A model generated the notes under the pieces. The model was not told where the DNA came from. It ran no database searches and worked only from the letters and a program-made list of their open reading frames with translations. A stretch of 62,182 nt of DNA from a virus (lineage: Duplodnaviria > Caudoviricetes), in the IMG/VR virus record IMGVR_UViG_3300043464_000452, positions 1 through 62,182 of that record; one strand, 5' to 3'. Positions within the stretch are counted from its first letter, which is position 1; every line of letters begins with the position of its first letter. Positions 10,301 to 19,738 of this stretch are shown piece by piece. A program made the position numbers and the translations under genes.

Positions 10301-11829
10301 CCACTTTGGTATTTAATTAACGCATCTAAGTTCTGTAGCAGTGAGCAATTAAACTGATCCGTAAACGTAGTGCCATTACAAGAGTTAGCTATAGTCTCTA
10401 TGTTTGATACTGTTCCTATTGCATCTTGAAACTCAACACTCGTTGCCAACTCATACACCGAAGCATACGATCTAGGCAATACAAATGAAAAGTTAAGAGA
10501 CGTACTATCTGTTGTATCAGTAGGGAACGGAGTATCTCCAGCAAACCCTTGATGCTCAAATGAAATATCGACTGAAATAGAGGCCCCTGTAACGAGTTCA
10601 AATGGTGAAAGGTCTAAGTATGCCACCGCTCCTGGGATCGTTTGAGGAGAGCCAAAATTATAGGTACCTGAGCCAAGCGTGTCCACTATATCAGTAGTGC
10701 CAATCTCCTCTGATATCAAATCAACAGAGTACTGAAGATTAATAGGATTGCCATTGATGTCAACCATGTCATATCCCTCAACATAGTTACCATACATGAG
10801 TCTGTTACCCATAATGGTCTGTGCCTTAGCAAGCAATGGTACGTTGTCATACAGCCTTAGCAGTTCACTTTCAGGAAGGACAGTAAATATCTTACTATTA
10901 GTAAACGTGTATGTACGTACAGTATTATTTGTAAACCCAAGGTCAGCCTTATTAAGCTTCTCAATAACCTTAATGACATTACTAGTGGTATCCTTAAATA
11001 GCAAGTCAATGCCAACTACAAGCGGACCGCCTGTATTATATGTTACTCTGGCTGCATTAAACTGATTCTGCATCCCCTCATTTAGGTAACTGTTAATGCT
11101 AAAGTCAAAAGGCTTAGGCTGAAACGCAGGAGCAGACCACTGAGATGTAGCTGAGTACTCTCCATCCTCATATAGGTATCGATACGCAAAGCAAATGAAT
11201 CTATTCTCTAGGAAGTCATTTTGATTCCCTGTGTTGATTAATGTAACACCAGGAGATTCTACCGGTGGCTTCTTAATAACAAGAATAGACTCAGCACTAA
11301 ACTGGTCTATGTTACCCACAGGATCAGCATAGTTCTTTAATCTGTTTATGAACCTTGGTGGATTGTAATCATCCGTAAAAAATATTAAATCATCAATAAT
11401 ATTTATCCCTGTGATAAGATACCCTGGGTTAAAGTTTAGCGTGGTGTTAGTTCCTCCACCATTGTTGATACTAATCAAGTGGTATGTCAATATGTTGTTG
11501 TACACATTGAATGACACAATCATATCAAGCTTTCCTGTAGCACCTACTGGGAAGTTTGAGTCATGAATAAACCAATAGATAGTCTCGTTCGTGTTGTCCG
11601 CTATAGTGCCTATGCATCTAGCTGAGGAGCTAAGTGGCGTACCATTAACATACTTAATTGTAGTCAGCTTGCTGTTACCCTTAGTATTTTCAATGACACC
11701 AATCTCAGAGTTCTCTGTAGATCCCATGCGAACATTAAGCGCATCGATATACTCTCCATCAGGAATTAGTCGTTCATCAACGACTTTATTCATTCTCCCA
11801 GCTATGAAGTTTCTTGTGATATTCGCCAT
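7390..11829 (-). CDS. Tail tubular/stabilization (nozzle-like) protein
   Basis: 1479 aa; N-terminal RNFIAGRMNKVVDERLIPDGEYIDALN and beta-propeller-like segments as in short-tailed Bacteroidota phages. Confidence 0.7.
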   Translation of the reverse strand: MANITRNFIAGRMNKVVDERLIPDGEYIDALNVRMGSTENSEIGVIENTKGNSKLTTIKYVNGTPLSSSARCIGTIADNTNETIYWFIHDSNFPVGATGKLDMIVSFNVYNNILTYHLISINNGGGTNTTLNFNPGYLITGINIIDDLIFFTDDYNPPRFINRLKNYADPVGNIDQFSAESILVIKKPPVESPGVTLINTGNQNDFLENRFICFAYRYLYEDGEYSATSQWSAPAFQPKPFDFSINSYLNEGMQNQFNAARVTYNTGGPLVVGIDLLFKDTTSNVIKVIEKLNKADLGFTNNTVRTYTFTNSKIFTVLPESELLRLYDNVPLLAKAQTIMGNRLMYGNYVEGYDMVDINGNPINLQYSVDLISEEIGTTDIVDTLGSGTYNFGSPQTIPGAVAYLDLSPFELVTGASISVDISFEHQGFAGDTPFPTDTTDSTSLNFSFVLPRSYASVYELATSVEFQDAIGTVSNIETIANSCNGTTFTDQFNCSLLQNLDALIKYQSGISAAGQGIGIITSPASQLIGLQLLTMRYVNNTTTPTFSVYEYYEYNAVNAFYQKINSPQSLHSNRGYEIGIVYMDDFNRSTTALVSPNNTIHVPCSASDTKNSIQVTIPNTQKAPYWATRYKFVIKPDQENYDTIYSSIFFNDPLTNNVFFLLEGENARKVEQGDRLIVKADTNGPTQNCVYTTVLEKESQVEGFIEIPSDLDPNVNIPVPAGVYIKILPNNFSVVNSQDDIIAPGTIQVDENNGGDYPILIYPMNSKRVAGYDSPANPTWVYEDYTVPAGSRIKINLKFQRLGVGKGNGDCETRIYTLEKTMIASADYDNMFDWFNGDNVQVVLNEGVQDVGGDGCEIENEYIGDPSLLGVYNYSTGSATAAITSPETCTNKYRFARNTVTNELSLVISGTVRCPGTLARERRRSTIIATFEVFRADSIIIFETEPSEALPDVFFENNLSLPIVNGYHVGNVQTQTNSLPAIIDTQFFNCYAFGNGAESYKILDSIIGRTLTFGNRVTAVAAQDYRRIRRFADMTYSGVYNFESNVNKLNEFNLGLLNFKYLEVAFGPIFILDGRETDVLVLQEDKISYVLASKNLISDSAGGGAISSVPEILGTQIARTEEFGISFHPESYVQWGYDRFFTDVKRGAVLQLRGNDLAVISEMGMRTWFRDEFIESFNTQKLGGFDPYLNEYVLSTNSQELPRPLDCLACGIAQTFTIPTGNTLTYCVDLNQPVGTVNIPYTVPAGSLSNFTISVTYDGSTQTSGLVNVSGSLQFNKNKNNVNEATVTITAAGPLEITVTPGCPVEQTLTIVNVTLTSVVDAGKFIHNQYRYTAGTFVSPLQSTLVTFATDDSSPVVSQYDTLNGPEGSSGIPTGGSSLQIISNKINFDTFDFVLGQDKFRYLRSNTLYPNTSVGISNLLAASTLVSPITGAAGLYSGSFVVPSSGQYLYLIWDYRNSLPLNLCYSNSTTLDACCGCA

Positions 11830-11830
11830 A

Positions 11831-12757
11831 TTATTTCAACCACTTGTCCATGCCACGTAGGTTCATCAATAATCTACCTGGGTGAATGTTACTCAATCTT
11901 ATTTTAGAATTTCTTAGAAGAGCAGTCTTCTCTTTTCTTGCACGGCTCACAATGTACTCCTGTACACCAAGCTTAGAGTTTAATATTTCATATGTAATGT
12001 ACGCATAAATAAATTTTTCAAACAATTTATTTACACTAATACTTGCATCATTCCCATTCTCCATGCCATCAGATACGTACTCTAATATCACAGACTGACC
12101 ATACATGTCTGAGTTGAAGTTAATCACACCACTCTTGGCATCTATATTAAATGTAGGATTGAAGTTAGCAGTCTCATTATTAAGGCCATATCTAGCACCA
12201 ATGCCATACTCGAAGTACCATTCTCCTCCTCCTAAATCCCATCCCTCCTGACCATCGAATCTGCTCTGAGGATTCAAGTAGATACTCTTCTTAATACCCT
12301 CCAATCGCTGTAAGTCAATCTCAGAAAACTCAGGGGACAATGCATTACCTTGTTGATCAAATAATATCTTACCAGTGTTGTCCTGAAGATAAGCCAATGA
12401 AGAAAGAACTTGGATGTTCTCAGTCAATGGCCTTAGGTACCCATCCTTGTATAGGTTTACCCTAACCCAGTTCACATAGTCTGATGGTAGGATATATCTA
12501 AGTGTATCGTCAACAGTTAACTCAAGAACTTTTATTTGCTTAAACGCATCATAGTTTAGTTCTTGTATTGCTCTCTTGGCATGAAACAAAATTTTATACC
12601 GCTCCTCATTATTTATCAATGAGTGGTTGCCAGAGTACATCAACAAGAAGTTATTGACAATGTCCTGTAAGCTAACATACTGGTACGATCCCCAGTTTGC
12701 ATCTACAGGAGCTACTCCATTATTTTCGTAGTACTTTTCTTGAGTGATGTATGCCAT
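11831..12757 (-). CDS. Head-tail adaptor/tail ring protein
   Basis: 308 aa, LPSDYVNWVRV motif, position between capsid and tail genes. Confidence 0.55.
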   Translation of the reverse strand: MAYITQEKYYENNGVAPVDANWGSYQYVSLQDIVNNFLLMYSGNHSLINNEERYKILFHAKRAIQELNYDAFKQIKVLELTVDDTLRYILPSDYVNWVRVNLYKDGYLRPLTENIQVLSSLAYLQDNTGKILFDQQGNALSPEFSEIDLQRLEGIKKSIYLNPQSRFDGQEGWDLGGGEWYFEYGIGARYGLNNETANFNPTFNIDAKSGVINFNSDMYGQSVILEYVSDGMENGNDASISVNKLFEKFIYAYITYEILNSKLGVQEYIVSRARKEKTALLRNSKIRLSNIHPGRLLMNLRGMDKWLK

Positions 12758-12759
12758 GA

Positions 12760-13503
12760 TTATTGTGATTGTTTTTGTTCTTCATTGCCTCCAAACTGAA
12801 CTGCCTCAATCTCACGAATAGACATGCCGGCATACTGAAGAATTTTTGATACTACTTTTATTTCATCCTCTATAGGTATCTCAAAGTCTTGGTATCCTAA
12901 ACCAGGAGATTGATTGAATACTGGCTCACCATTAGTTAGTGTAGTGAATGTCCACTTAGGATCTTTAGGGTATCTGAAGTAGTTGGCATCCACCTCGTTA
13001 GGAAGATTAATTGTTGATGGGTATACAGTAAGTATGCTACCCTCCTGAGTATAGGCAGGAAAGTTTTCAGTTGGAGCAGTCAAGTTAGAGTTGACCAACA
13101 GAGTAATCTTACCATGAGTTACCTTCTCTGCCTCACCCTTGAATAATCTAGTAGCACCAGAAGCATCATAGCAAAGAATCTTATTAATCATAAAGTAATC
13201 AAATCCAGTCGTTGTTACCGATGGCAGATAATATCTATTTGAAGCCGCAGTAACCTGAGTAAGAGTAGATGTTGTAGCAAATATTTCTATCGCTTCCTCT
13301 ATAGCCTTCCTAATATCCGCATAGTCAGTACCTGAAACACGAGCATTCTGCTTGTTGGTAACATCGTTATACTCAGAGAAGTACTCCTCAAATATTTCTA
13401 GCTGAGCCTGCTTGGCAAACAGGTTAAAGTCAGAGGGTGAGATATATCCGTAATTATTCTTGTTCAGAATTGCCAATACGGTATTTCGAACTGAGTTGAT
13501 CAT
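12760..13503 (-). CDS. Head-tail connector/ring protein
   Basis: 247 aa, GYISPSDFNLFAKQAQLEIF...YFRYPKDPKW pattern, position. Confidence 0.55.
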   Translation of the reverse strand: MINSVRNTVLAILNKNNYGYISPSDFNLFAKQAQLEIFEEYFSEYNDVTNKQNARVSGTDYADIRKAIEEAIEIFATTSTLTQVTAASNRYYLPSVTTTGFDYFMINKILCYDASGATRLFKGEAEKVTHGKITLLVNSNLTAPTENFPAYTQEGSILTVYPSTINLPNEVDANYFRYPKDPKWTFTTLTNGEPVFNQSPGLGYQDFEIPIEDEIKVVSKILQYAGMSIREIEAVQFGGNEEQKQSQ

Positions 13504-13516
13504 TCTAGTCTTTTTA

Positions 13517-13524
13517 CAAATATA
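13517..13524 (-). promoter_or_regulatory. -7 promoter box TATATTTG for tail operon
   Basis: TAnnTTTG consensus just upstream of ATG 13503. Confidence 0.6.
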
Positions 13525-13526
13525 AA

Positions 13527-13558
13527 CAAAAAAAAAGAGGGTGTTATTACACCCCCAT
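13527..13558 (-). terminator. Rho-independent terminator
   Basis: GGGGTGT/ACACCCC stem followed by long T-run on the minus strand. Confidence 0.7.
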
Positions 13559-13586
13559 TTTTAAACTTAAGCCCAAAAAAACTATG

Positions 13587-14336
13587 TTACAAATCTAAAT
13601 TATTTTCTAGCATTTTCAAAGCATCGATGCCATCATCTGTCTTTAGGAACTGAGCCACAGCAAAGTATGGGTCCTCTCCATAAGATACAGTAAGCATCTT
13701 CTTCTTCACTGATGGTGTATTAAACCATACCTCCTTGTTGTTGTTTCTGAATGACAATAGCTTGTTCTCAAAGAATACGTGGATATTTGCCTGAAGCTTT
13801 AGCATTGGATCACGTAGAATATTCAAAAATCCCTTTGGATCTCTCTTTGCGTAAATCAAGATGTCACGCTTAAGCTCAGATGTTGTGAACTTATTTGGGT
13901 CCTTACTAAATAATACTCTAGCGATTGTCTCAAGCTGATCAACACTAAGTTGACGTGCTTCAATCAAGGCATCTACCTCAGATGTAAGTTGTTCTACTTC
14001 CTTAGCTGCATCTCTCTCATAATCAACCTGCATAAATGAGATACCATTTAGTGGGTGATAGTGAAGGAACTGCTGTAAAACTGGGTTATTTCTTGGAACT
14101 GATAGGAAGCCATTCTCGAATACGATTGGCTCTAAGATTGCGTTGCCATCCTGCTCATCCTCAAATGGAGACTTCTGATTGATGGCATATCTTAGTGGTC
14201 TGTTTACATTATTGTCTTCATCAAAGTAAAGTAGAGGATATCTCCTAGTATTTCTTGATGGTAGAGTAAAAGATAAAGGAGCAGAATCTCCCTTAAGTTT
14301 ATAGACTTTGTCAGAACTTGTTGCTTGCTTTTTCAT
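13587..14336 (-). CDS. Conserved head-module protein, function unknown
   Basis: 249 aa ORF downstream of capsid gene. Confidence 0.6.
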   Translation of the reverse strand: MKKQATSSDKVYKLKGDSAPLSFTLPSRNTRRYPLLYFDEDNNVNRPLRYAINQKSPFEDEQDGNAILEPIVFENGFLSVPRNNPVLQQFLHYHPLNGISFMQVDYERDAAKEVEQLTSEVDALIEARQLSVDQLETIARVLFSKDPNKFTTSELKRDILIYAKRDPKGFLNILRDPMLKLQANIHVFFENKLLSFRNNNKEVWFNTPSVKKKMLTVSYGEDPYFAVAQFLKTDDGIDALKMLENNLDL

Positions 14337-14397
14337 TAGATATAATTTGATTAAAATTTAAAATAGAGGGAGTCACAGCGACCCCCTCAGTTAATTA

Positions 14398-14661
14398 TTA
14401 CTTCTTCTTCTTAATAACTGGCTTCTTTACAGATGCTTTAACTGTAACCTTACCGCTCATCAACTCAGGAAGCACTCTAGTTTTTGTTGGAACTCCATAC
14501 TTACCAAATTTCTCAGCTTCAGATGCCATTCTTTTTTGAGCAGCTGTACTATAAGCTGATCCTCTTTCCTTGCTTTTTCCTGTAAAAGGATTTCCGCTTC
14601 CTACTGAAGGACCTTTAGACGTTTGTTTCTTAGGACCGGGGCCCATCATTTTCTTTGCCAT
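14398..14661 (-). CDS. Small Lys-rich basic protein
   Basis: Likely start MAKKMMGPGPKK at 14661; ends KKPVIKKKK. Confidence 0.6.
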   Translation of the reverse strand: MAKKMMGPGPKKQTSKGPSVGSGNPFTGKSKERGSAYSTAAQKRMASEAEKFGKYGVPTKTRVLPELMSGKVTVKASVKKPVIKKKK

Positions 14662-14719
14662 TGTCTTGTTGGTTTTAAAGATTAAAGGAGGAGCCAATCG
14701 GCCCCTCCATTATTTACAA

Positions 14720-16141
14720 TTAGGCTCCGTATCTGAACAATACAAAGTTGTTTGCACCTAGGGTACATACACAACGCTCAGACAAGAAGTTAACCTCCAT
14801 TGCATCGAGATCGCTAGTCTGTGCACCACCGGCAGAACCAGTAATCCAAGTCTTGTATCTACGATCTTCAGTCTCAGAAGCTCTGTAACGAACGTGCAAG
14901 AATGGTCTCTTAGCGTTCTTACCAAGAATCTGATCGTACACAGTGGTAGAACCAGCAGGTACCAATAGACCAGTTACAGTACCAGTTGCAGATGCACCAG
15001 TAGGCAGGCCACCACGCAAAGTAGGATCGTTCAAGTACTTCCAGTCAGACTTATAGAAGTCATAACCTCTACGGAATCCAGTAAATCCAAGATTCAAAGC
15101 CATCTTCTCATCGTTGTCGAATAGACCATAAGAAGTACCTCCAGCACCGTAGCTGTTCTGAGCTGCCAACATATCGTCAATGTCAAAGCTGAATGCTCTG
15201 TTCAAGAAGATTACGTTCTCCTCGATAGATCCCTGCTTGTCAAGACGAGAGATGATGCTATCAAAGTCAGATAGAGTAGTTGGGTTACCACCACCCCATA
15301 CGTTACCACGGTTGTTAACCACGTAGAAGATACCCTCAGAACCTTTGTTACCATAGGTAGGGTTCAAAGAAGCGTTAGCTACACCAGAACCAGTCTCAGC
15401 AGGAACTGCTTCAATCATTGCGGTCTCAAGATAGTCTTCGAAACGTAGACGAGTCTCGTGCTCAGACTTCAAATACCAAAGGTATCCAGTAGCACCATTC
15501 TCGGTAGTTACTTCTACCCATCCAATCTGAGCCATGTCAGAACCAGATACTGCGTACTTGTCCTTGATGATGATTGGAGAGTTGTCGAAGAACTCATCTT
15601 CAGCCTCCAAAGAACCGATCATTCCTACAGTTCCTTTCTTAAATTCAGAACCATAAATCCATACAGAAAGTACAGCAGTTCCAGAGAAAGTCTGTCCACC
15701 ACCTTCGTAGTAAGCAACTTCGAAAGTATCATTAGAAGTGTTAACAGCAGTAACGATACCCTTGTTAGAAAGACCTGTAGCATTATCAGAGATAAATACA
15801 GTCTGTCCAGCACGGATTGCAATAGCAGTTACGTTAGCATCATTAACAGTAATAGTTGCAGAATCTGCTGCTGCATTAGCAGAAGAATCACAGTTCACAT
15901 ACTTAGTATGCAAACGACCTTGCTCAGCCCACTTGATCATATCAGAGTTGGAAGGCATTTCAGCTCCTACCATTCTTAGGAAGGAAGCTACGGTACGATT
16001 ACCATAACGCTCGAATTCTTTCTCGTAAGTATCAGGTAGATACTGGTTCAAGAAATCAAAGTTGGTAATGTAGTTAGTTGATAAAGGGACCTGCTCAGCA
16101 CTTGGCTGCAACTGGAACCCAGGGGATGATAAAACTGGCAT
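14720..16141 (-). CDS. Major capsid protein
   Basis: 473 aa, follows portal and scaffold, strongly biased codon usage, followed by a hairpin; resembles capsids of Bacteroidota podoviruses. Confidence 0.85.
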   Translation of the reverse strand: MPVLSSPGFQLQPSAEQVPLSTNYITNFDFLNQYLPDTYEKEFERYGNRTVASFLRMVGAEMPSNSDMIKWAEQGRLHTKYVNCDSSANAAADSATITVNDANVTAIAIRAGQTVFISDNATGLSNKGIVTAVNTSNDTFEVAYYEGGGQTFSGTAVLSVWIYGSEFKKGTVGMIGSLEAEDEFFDNSPIIIKDKYAVSGSDMAQIGWVEVTTENGATGYLWYLKSEHETRLRFEDYLETAMIEAVPAETGSGVANASLNPTYGNKGSEGIFYVVNNRGNVWGGGNPTTLSDFDSIISRLDKQGSIEENVIFLNRAFSFDIDDMLAAQNSYGAGGTSYGLFDNDEKMALNLGFTGFRRGYDFYKSDWKYLNDPTLRGGLPTGASATGTVTGLLVPAGSTTVYDQILGKNAKRPFLHVRYRASETEDRRYKTWITGSAGGAQTSDLDAMEVNFLSERCVCTLGANNFVLFRYGA

Positions 16142-16162
16142 TTTTTTGTTTGTTTTTAGTTT

Positions 16163-17266
16163 TTAGATTTTTTTAATACTGCGGATTTTTAGACCCCTAC
16201 CAGAGTCTGGAGCAACCGCCTTCACCTGCATTCCACCTTTATTAACAACCTCAGGAGCTCTACGCTCAGACATATTTATATTTTTGGTCTTACGTAAAAC
16301 TTCATCGGTAGCATCCGATTGCCCTTGCTCATAAAAGAACTTGGCAAACTTTTCAGGATTCATTGCGATAGACAAAGACCTGTGGTATCCAGCTGCATCC
16401 TTAATTAGTCCACTCTCATCCAAGAACTTATTAACAAAGTTCAATGGACTTGACTGAGCACTCTTTAATTCAGAACTAGATGCCGGAGCAAATAAAATCT
16501 TCTTATCGTTAACATCGAACTCAAATCCTTTGAAGTCTTTACTAAAGACCTCCTCTGTCTTTTGGTCGAACCATCTACGCTTTCGATTACTTTCCTCCTC
16601 TATAGTCTTTGACTGTTTTGTATACTGACGATAAGCCTCGAATTCTTCCTTCTCTGCTGGAGATAAGCCAATACCACTTGACTCAAGTGGAAACTTATAT
16701 TTCTCTTTCTGAGAATTGAAGTAATTCTTCGCCTCGGCAATAGCTTTCTTTCTTGCAATCTTTGTACGCTTAATCTTTGATTCCTCATCTAAGTCCTCAT
16801 CGTAGGTATACTCCTCCATTAAGACATCGATATCCTCAGAGTCAAGATTCTGCTGCGTATCTGCAAGGTACTCTCTAAGAAGACTATCTGGGTCCATTGC
16901 ATCGTAATCTTTCCTAAGCTTTAGGAAGTCATCGAAGCCACGCCCAGTATCCTTCTTGTAATTCAAATAAGCTGAAACATCCTCAGGCAATTCTTCATTA
17001 GCCTGCCTCTGGTCCATCAACTCATCGAACGAATTGATTTGCTTATTATATCTTTTTCCAATATATGAAAGAACTTTTTCTTCAGATAGTTCCTCTTCTT
17101 GTGAAGTAGTATCCTGAGCTCCATTGTCAATACTAGTAGTATCAATAACAAGCTCGTTTTGTAATTCCCCATTGAGTTCTTTTTCATGTTTCTCAAGTAG
17201 TTCTCTTTCTACTTCTTGTACACTCTTGGGCTCAACTCCATCTAGCGATCTTACTTTGATTTCCAT
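16163..17266 (-). CDS. Capsid scaffolding protein
   Basis: Highly acidic coiled-coil, between portal and capsid. Confidence 0.7.
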   Translation of the reverse strand: MEIKVRSLDGVEPKSVQEVERELLEKHEKELNGELQNELVIDTTSIDNGAQDTTSQEEELSEEKVLSYIGKRYNKQINSFDELMDQRQANEELPEDVSAYLNYKKDTGRGFDDFLKLRKDYDAMDPDSLLREYLADTQQNLDSEDIDVLMEEYTYDEDLDEESKIKRTKIARKKAIAEAKNYFNSQKEKYKFPLESSGIGLSPAEKEEFEAYRQYTKQSKTIEEESNRKRRWFDQKTEEVFSKDFKGFEFDVNDKKILFAPASSSELKSAQSSPLNFVNKFLDESGLIKDAAGYHRSLSIAMNPEKFAKFFYEQGQSDATDEVLRKTKNINMSERRAPEVVNKGGMQVKAVAPDSGRGLKIRSIKKI

Positions 17267-17285
17267 TTAATTAGATTTTATGTTA

Positions 17286-17293
17286 CAAATATA
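17286..17293 (-). promoter_or_regulatory. -7 promoter box TATATTTG for scaffold-capsid operon
   Basis: TAnnTTTG consensus. Confidence 0.6.
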
Positions 17294-17302
17294 TATTTTT
17301 TT

Positions 17303-19738
17303 TTAACGTGGCTCAAACTGTGCCATGTCGAACCCATCGAGCGTATCCTCATTGGATTCAAAGCTCAATGGAGGTAAGTTATTCTTCCTCTGATTAATCA
17401 ACTTAGACTGCTCACTGTTCTGCTGACTAATTCGCTTAGCCTTAGAGTCCTCCTTCATCATATCTCTATCTGCAAGTGCGGTCTCCTTGACACCAGCAAT
17501 CTGCATCTGATAGTTAAACTCTTCAGCCATCAACATTCTCTTCAGCTCTGCCTCTGCCTTTAGCTTCTCAATATCGAACGCCACCTCTGCCTGCTTAATC
17601 TGCATCTTAGATTGGGTGTCCAACTGAAGCTGTTGCATGGCTACCTGAGCAGCAAACTCCTGAGACTGCAACTGCTGCTGAGCCATCATGTCCTGCTTCT
17701 GCATCATCATCTTCTCTTCTCTCTCCTGCTTCTTAACTCTCTTCATCTTAAGTAGCTGGTTAGCAAGTTTAAGATTCTTAATCTCTCTGATGTCAATAGC
17801 GTCCTCAAGATTGATATCACCCTTGGACAATGCCATCTGTACGTTCGCCTCTAGCTGTGCCTTCTGCTCTTCGTCTGGAGAAATCTCAATGAAGATACCA
17901 AAGTCGTAGATGTACAGATCCTTGATGTCATTCAATATAGATACATTGTACTTGCCAATCTTATTAGCGAAGTCATCCTTGAAGTCAGCGTACTGCAAAA
18001 TATCAGCCACACGATACGTAAGTGCCTCAGCAAGTGTTCGGTAAATAAATAGACCACTCTCAAGAATATGTCTAGTAGCTGTGTTTGAGTTAAGAGCTGC
18101 AAGCTTCTGCACACCAACCAATGCGTTAGGGTCAGGGTTAGACCCATCTCTAGCCTCATTGAGACCAGTCACAGAACGGATCATGTCTAGATAGTGATTG
18201 TAGTTAGCAATCAACATCTGAGTCTTAGCCGAACCTGAGTTAGATGTAAGCTGCTGGATAGGAACTCGTGCATTGTTGAACTCACCATCCTGGGTGTAGC
18301 TTCGACCAATAACACTACCTGTCTGGAAGTATAATCTCAACGCATCCTCCGGGTTGTAAGCCGCACCTGTTCCCAAGTCAACCTCATTCAATCCATCCGC
18401 ATCAATGAACACACCATCAGGCACCGTACGTGCAATGACCTGCTGTAGCTTCAAGTGAGTCAACTGAATCAAGTCAGCGAAAGGTATCATCCTTCTCACC
18501 AACGACTCAATAGCTCCCTTGTACATGCGTGGCGCACATGCCACATAGTTAGGTATAGCATGCTGAGATGCAGACTTTGGTCTTACCATGTTCTCGGATA
18601 GCTCCCACTTCAACAAGAAGTTAGTACCCATCACCATCACACCATCATACCAAACGTCAATTGTCTTCTCCAACTTCTCAAATTTCCCATCCTCCATCAT
18701 CTCTACAGGAGGATTGAACTTGTCATCCTTCTCTATAATGCGACTGCCTCCACCCTCAAGGATCTTCTTCTTGTAGACCATCTTCTTGGTGGTCTTGTAG
18801 TTAAAGTAAAGTAGGGTACAGGTATCACGATAGAACATACTGTTCTCGTAGAATCGAGCAACATTGTAATAGTCGTACCAGCTCTGAGAGTATTTGGATA
18901 TCTCCTCCATCTGCTCACGTGTAAGAGTCGGGTCAATCTTTAATAGCTCTGTCATAGGAAGAGTCTTTATCTCTCCCCAATAGAAGCAGTCCTTAAAGAA
19001 TGGGTCTTCAGTGTAGCTGTACACAACATTGGCTGGGTCAACATAGGACACCTCAACACCAGAGCCTAGTAGGAACTCATGCTTAGCAATACCAATCCCA
19101 ATAACAGCAAGGTCATAGTCAATACGCTTGCGTGTATCCTGGTAGTGGTTCTCATCAAAAATTGTATTGATAGCCTCCTCTTCAGCTATCTCAATCGCAG
19201 GCTTATACTTAAGCTGCATGTATAGTGATAGCTCCTCGTCAGTCTGAGGTAGCTCCTCTGGGTTTGTTACAAATGGGTCAACGCCAGTTTCATTCTGTAT
19301 CTTAGAGAGTAGATCCTTAGCAAGCATCTGGCTCTCAATCATGTCCTGATACTTACTTCTCTTGGCTTGAGACATCGCATCCTGTGCGTACGCCTTAACC
19401 TTAAATAGTCTGTCATTCATGCCGTTAACGACAATGTCTACAAACTTAGGTAAGATAGGCACAGGAGTCCAGTCAAGGTTTAGGTAAGACAAGTCACCAT
19501 CAATTGCTAACTCATTTTTATATTTCTGAATGGACTGCTCACCACGTGCGTATAAACGCAAGCGATTAAACTCAGCCCACTGATTGTAATATCTGCATTG
19601 ACTTCCATCTTTTCTAAACCACTCGTACTGAATGGCTTGACCAACCTGAAGACCAAACTCAGGCGTAGCTTTCTCCGAATCAGAAACAAACTGGCTTGGA
19701 AATGCTGTTGAAGATATATTAACTACGACATCTTTCAT
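17303..19738 (-). CDS. Portal protein
   Basis: 811 aa directly after TerL; C-terminal Gln-rich coiled-coil barrel as in P22-type portals. Confidence 0.85.
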   Translation of the reverse strand: MKDVVVNISSTAFPSQFVSDSEKATPEFGLQVGQAIQYEWFRKDGSQCRYYNQWAEFNRLRLYARGEQSIQKYKNELAIDGDLSYLNLDWTPVPILPKFVDIVVNGMNDRLFKVKAYAQDAMSQAKRSKYQDMIESQMLAKDLLSKIQNETGVDPFVTNPEELPQTDEELSLYMQLKYKPAIEIAEEEAINTIFDENHYQDTRKRIDYDLAVIGIGIAKHEFLLGSGVEVSYVDPANVVYSYTEDPFFKDCFYWGEIKTLPMTELLKIDPTLTREQMEEISKYSQSWYDYYNVARFYENSMFYRDTCTLLYFNYKTTKKMVYKKKILEGGGSRIIEKDDKFNPPVEMMEDGKFEKLEKTIDVWYDGVMVMGTNFLLKWELSENMVRPKSASQHAIPNYVACAPRMYKGAIESLVRRMIPFADLIQLTHLKLQQVIARTVPDGVFIDADGLNEVDLGTGAAYNPEDALRLYFQTGSVIGRSYTQDGEFNNARVPIQQLTSNSGSAKTQMLIANYNHYLDMIRSVTGLNEARDGSNPDPNALVGVQKLAALNSNTATRHILESGLFIYRTLAEALTYRVADILQYADFKDDFANKIGKYNVSILNDIKDLYIYDFGIFIEISPDEEQKAQLEANVQMALSKGDINLEDAIDIREIKNLKLANQLLKMKRVKKQEREEKMMMQKQDMMAQQQLQSQEFAAQVAMQQLQLDTQSKMQIKQAEVAFDIEKLKAEAELKRMLMAEEFNYQMQIAGVKETALADRDMMKEDSKAKRISQQNSEQSKLINQRKNNLPPLSFESNEDTLDGFDMAQFEPR

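Noticed and set aside
15458-16007. Antisense ORFs over the capsid gene (likewise those over terL, groEL, fibres and the giant gene)
   Set aside because: Shadow ORFs caused by codon bias of the real genes; no recognisable motifs or expression signals.
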